DNA of 64,000 nucleotides from the NCBI GenBank assembly GCA_907165135.1, contig OU015568.1:2542001-2606000 (forward strand). Reading direction: 5' to 3'. Under the pieces are notes generated by a model. That model did no database searches, was not told where the DNA came from, and saw only the letters and a program-made list of their open reading frames with translations. This stretch comes from Oikopleura dioica. Taxonomy: Eukaryota > Animalia > Chordata. How positions within the stretch are numbered: the first letter of the stretch is position 1; the number at the start of each line of letters is the position of its first letter. A program made the translations under genes and the position numbers. Below are positions 61,794 through 64,000 of the stretch, one piece after another.

Positions 61794-62121
61794 ATGAATT
61801 TTTTTGCTGTTTTTGTTTTTGCACTGGTTGAAGCTCAGAATTCACTTTTCAGGTACTTTTGAAATCAATCCAGTAAGCAACAAGAATTTTCCTGACTTTC
61901 CTCATTCAATATTATTTATTCTTTATAGAGCCAATAATACAATAATAGAATATCGCTCTCAAACTCTCCCATTCAGCAAGAGCCCTTCAAATCTCCGCCG
62001 ACTGCGATACGCAGCAATGGCTGCCGGCCCTACTTCCCTCGGTGACGGAGACCGAGCCCGAATGTGCTCAAATCCCGCCTTCAGAAACCGAATCTACTGT
62101 CGTCAATTCCGTCTTCAATAA
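61794..62121 (+). CDS. Secreted peptide precursor (signal peptide, RRLR site, 2-Cys cationic C-terminal peptide)
   Basis: MNFFAVFVFALVEA signal, a GT-AG intron, and an in-frame exon ending RRLR-YAAMAAGPTSLGDGDRARMCSNPAFRNRIYCRQFRLQ. Confidence 0.65.
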
Positions 62122-62146
62122 AAACTATGGTACTGTTTATTTCTTT

Positions 62147-63928
62147 TCAGCAAGTTTTGACCAGACAAGAATTGTCCCGAAGACAGAAAGAAACAGTACA
62201 GCGTAATTTTTGTGGCTCGTGATTTTTTTCTTGAAACGAAAACGATTTCCATCGTAATGTTTTTTGTCGCAGTGAGTTTTCCAGTTTGCCATTGACGATT
62301 CTAGCGGGGCAGCCATCACGAATAATTTCGAATTCTGCGATGGGAGGCTGTTTACTGTACATTAATGACTGGACGCAAAAATTCGAAATGACGTAAATAA
62401 TTCTCTCATAGGATCATTATTTCCTTGATTCATTATATATACAGCAGCCGGTTTTAAATCTAAATCTGTAGAAATGGAAAAATATGATGCTTTTGAGATT
62501 ATGAAAGCCCCCTTTCCTCCATTTTCAGACTCGACGTAGCAATTTTTCAGACTAAAATCTACAGGAAAATTCTTCCTGACGCTTTGGGCCCACTCCGTTT
62601 CCACTAGAATCTCATCGCCGAAGTGGAGCGGTTCTTCTCCAGACTCGCCGTTTTTGAACTTGAGACTGACTGATTTTTCCCAAGAGTAGATGGTTTGGTC
62701 TGATGAAGCAGAAAGGTCAGAGAGAGAATTGGAGAACATTCGTGAAGATTTTATCGTTGCCTAAAAATGACTTTTTGGCAATTGCCTTGAAGGGAGGAGT
62801 TGCGCGTCTATGACTGGCTCATGAAAGAGATACTGGTTTCTGATTGGCTTGGAGATTCCCCCAACCAAGATGATGGCACCTTCCTGTGATTTAAAATTGC
62901 AAGTTGTAGTCACTTGAGGTTTGAAATCTGACTGGAAAAAGACCTCTTTCTCATCATCAGTTGCTTTGATAACAAGTTGAAATCGAATATGGTCCCCAAC
63001 ATGTTCCGCTTGCATTCCACAGGCTCCGAGAGGAACAGTCAAGAGCCAGCCACTGTCAGTTTCAGTGGTTTTAGAATCCTTTTTGATGATTTCTTCAGCT
63101 TTATTTCAAGCGTCATGACTAGATCTAGTTAGAGCTCATGTAAATCGTGCCTGGCATACAAAATCGAAGTCCACGTCGAAGAGCTCTTTCCGTAGGAATA
63201 TGATCATTTCAGTAGGAGCACATTTAAGCTGGACGCAGCTTGGTTCAGCCAATTCGCATTGCTTGGTCATCGGATTTTTAGCCAGACATATAGTTAGAGC
63301 ACAGATGTTCATGGATTAAGAAGCTTAGCCGCTTAGTCTAAGCGTCATTAAGGCTAGGGTTGTCGATTTGGCCCAAAGCAGGGCTCATAAACTCTGGACG
63401 GCCCTAGCCTTAATACAAAATTCAAAATTTAACTTTTTCAATATTTAGAGCTTAGAGATAAGTTATCTCAGATAACCTTTGTCATCCTAGCAGCTCTGAA
63501 AATTATGGTTTCTCTAACTCTACCCAACAACTCTTCGATGCACCAGCACAAACGTCTTCTTTATCTTCCTCTTCTCTCAGATTCACCTGTTTCTGGCATT
63601 GATGGCCAATAATTTTCTTATTCCCAATAAACCCACTTTTACATCCACAAAAGAAAACAGGCCCCCTCGGAACACAAAAGCCATTTTTCCTGTCGCAAGT
63701 GTTTCTGCCATTTTGACACGGGTGATTCCAAATTTTCTGGCTTCCATGGCTGCCCATAAAGCTTCGAAAAGCAAGCGTCTCTTGTAGAAAAATCAAAAAA
63801 TAGAAAAACATACTCACTGTTCTTTCAAAACGTGAATTGTAAATGCTAGTGAAGCGTTGTTTTACATTGAATATTTTGAGTGTGGGAAAGTCTCTTGCCG
63901 CTGGGGTCAATTTTTGTGGTTGATTCAA
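62147..63928 (-). CDS. EGF plus zona pellucida (ZP) domain protein; 5' end probably incomplete or outside the window
   Basis: EGF (CQNG..C....GFC.......CGCKSGF). ZP-N: LKCAPTEMIIFL...C...WLLTVPLGACG...TTTCNF. ZP-C: LHFGDEILVE..LKNCYV..IIRDGCP..RWKSFSF..LRCTVSFC. Confidence 0.8.
63352..63409. mobile_element. 58-bp TTAA-flanked micro-MITE or inverted repeat in a ZP gene intron
   Basis: TTAA|GGCTAGGGTTGTC ... GACGGCCCTAGCC|TTAA, an 11/13 TIR match. Confidence 0.55.
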
Positions 63929-64000
63929 ATTGAAAACTGAAAATAAATAGGTCGCTTCTGATATGTTTCAATTTTTTTTCACAAAATTTATTTTTTTTTA

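Noticed and set aside
1-64000. CRISPR arrays, rRNA, tRNA, transposase or reverse-transcriptase ORFs
   Set aside because: None seen. The repeats are coding tandem repeats or non-autonomous elements.

Overview
Compact, intron-rich eukaryotic DNA that most likely comes from the larvacean tunicate Oikopleura. This is inferred from a gene roughly every 2.5-3 kb, many 40-70 nt introns, recurrent GA-AG and GC-AG introns, and an unusual kinase family. About 25 genes can be traced by hand. Recognisable ones are an ATP8B-like flippase, a carbohydrate sulfotransferase, two RING fingers, a supervillin-like protein, an SLC22 transporter, a claudin, a multi-CTLD receptor, a myosin essential light chain, an LPCAT, a VASt-domain protein, a chymotrypsin-like protease and an EGF-ZP protein. 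There are also many orphan secreted Cys-rich or mucin-like proteins, which may be extracellular 'house' components. The strongest novel signal is a 1373-bp hAT-like element (TAGGG TIRs, 8-bp TSD) inserted in a sulfotransferase coding exon: it can be removed in frame as a GA-AG intron built from its own end plus the TSD, and a second, TTAA-flanked MITE is nested inside it. Other highlights are a kinase fused to a papain-like Cys-His-Asn domain, a CUB-EGF-coiled coil-gC1q protein, an unnamed domain repeated four times in a giant EGF protein, a secreted peptide precursor, three more TTAA-flanked MITEs and a GC-rich structured ncRNA candidate. Exon boundaries were read manually and no database searches were run.
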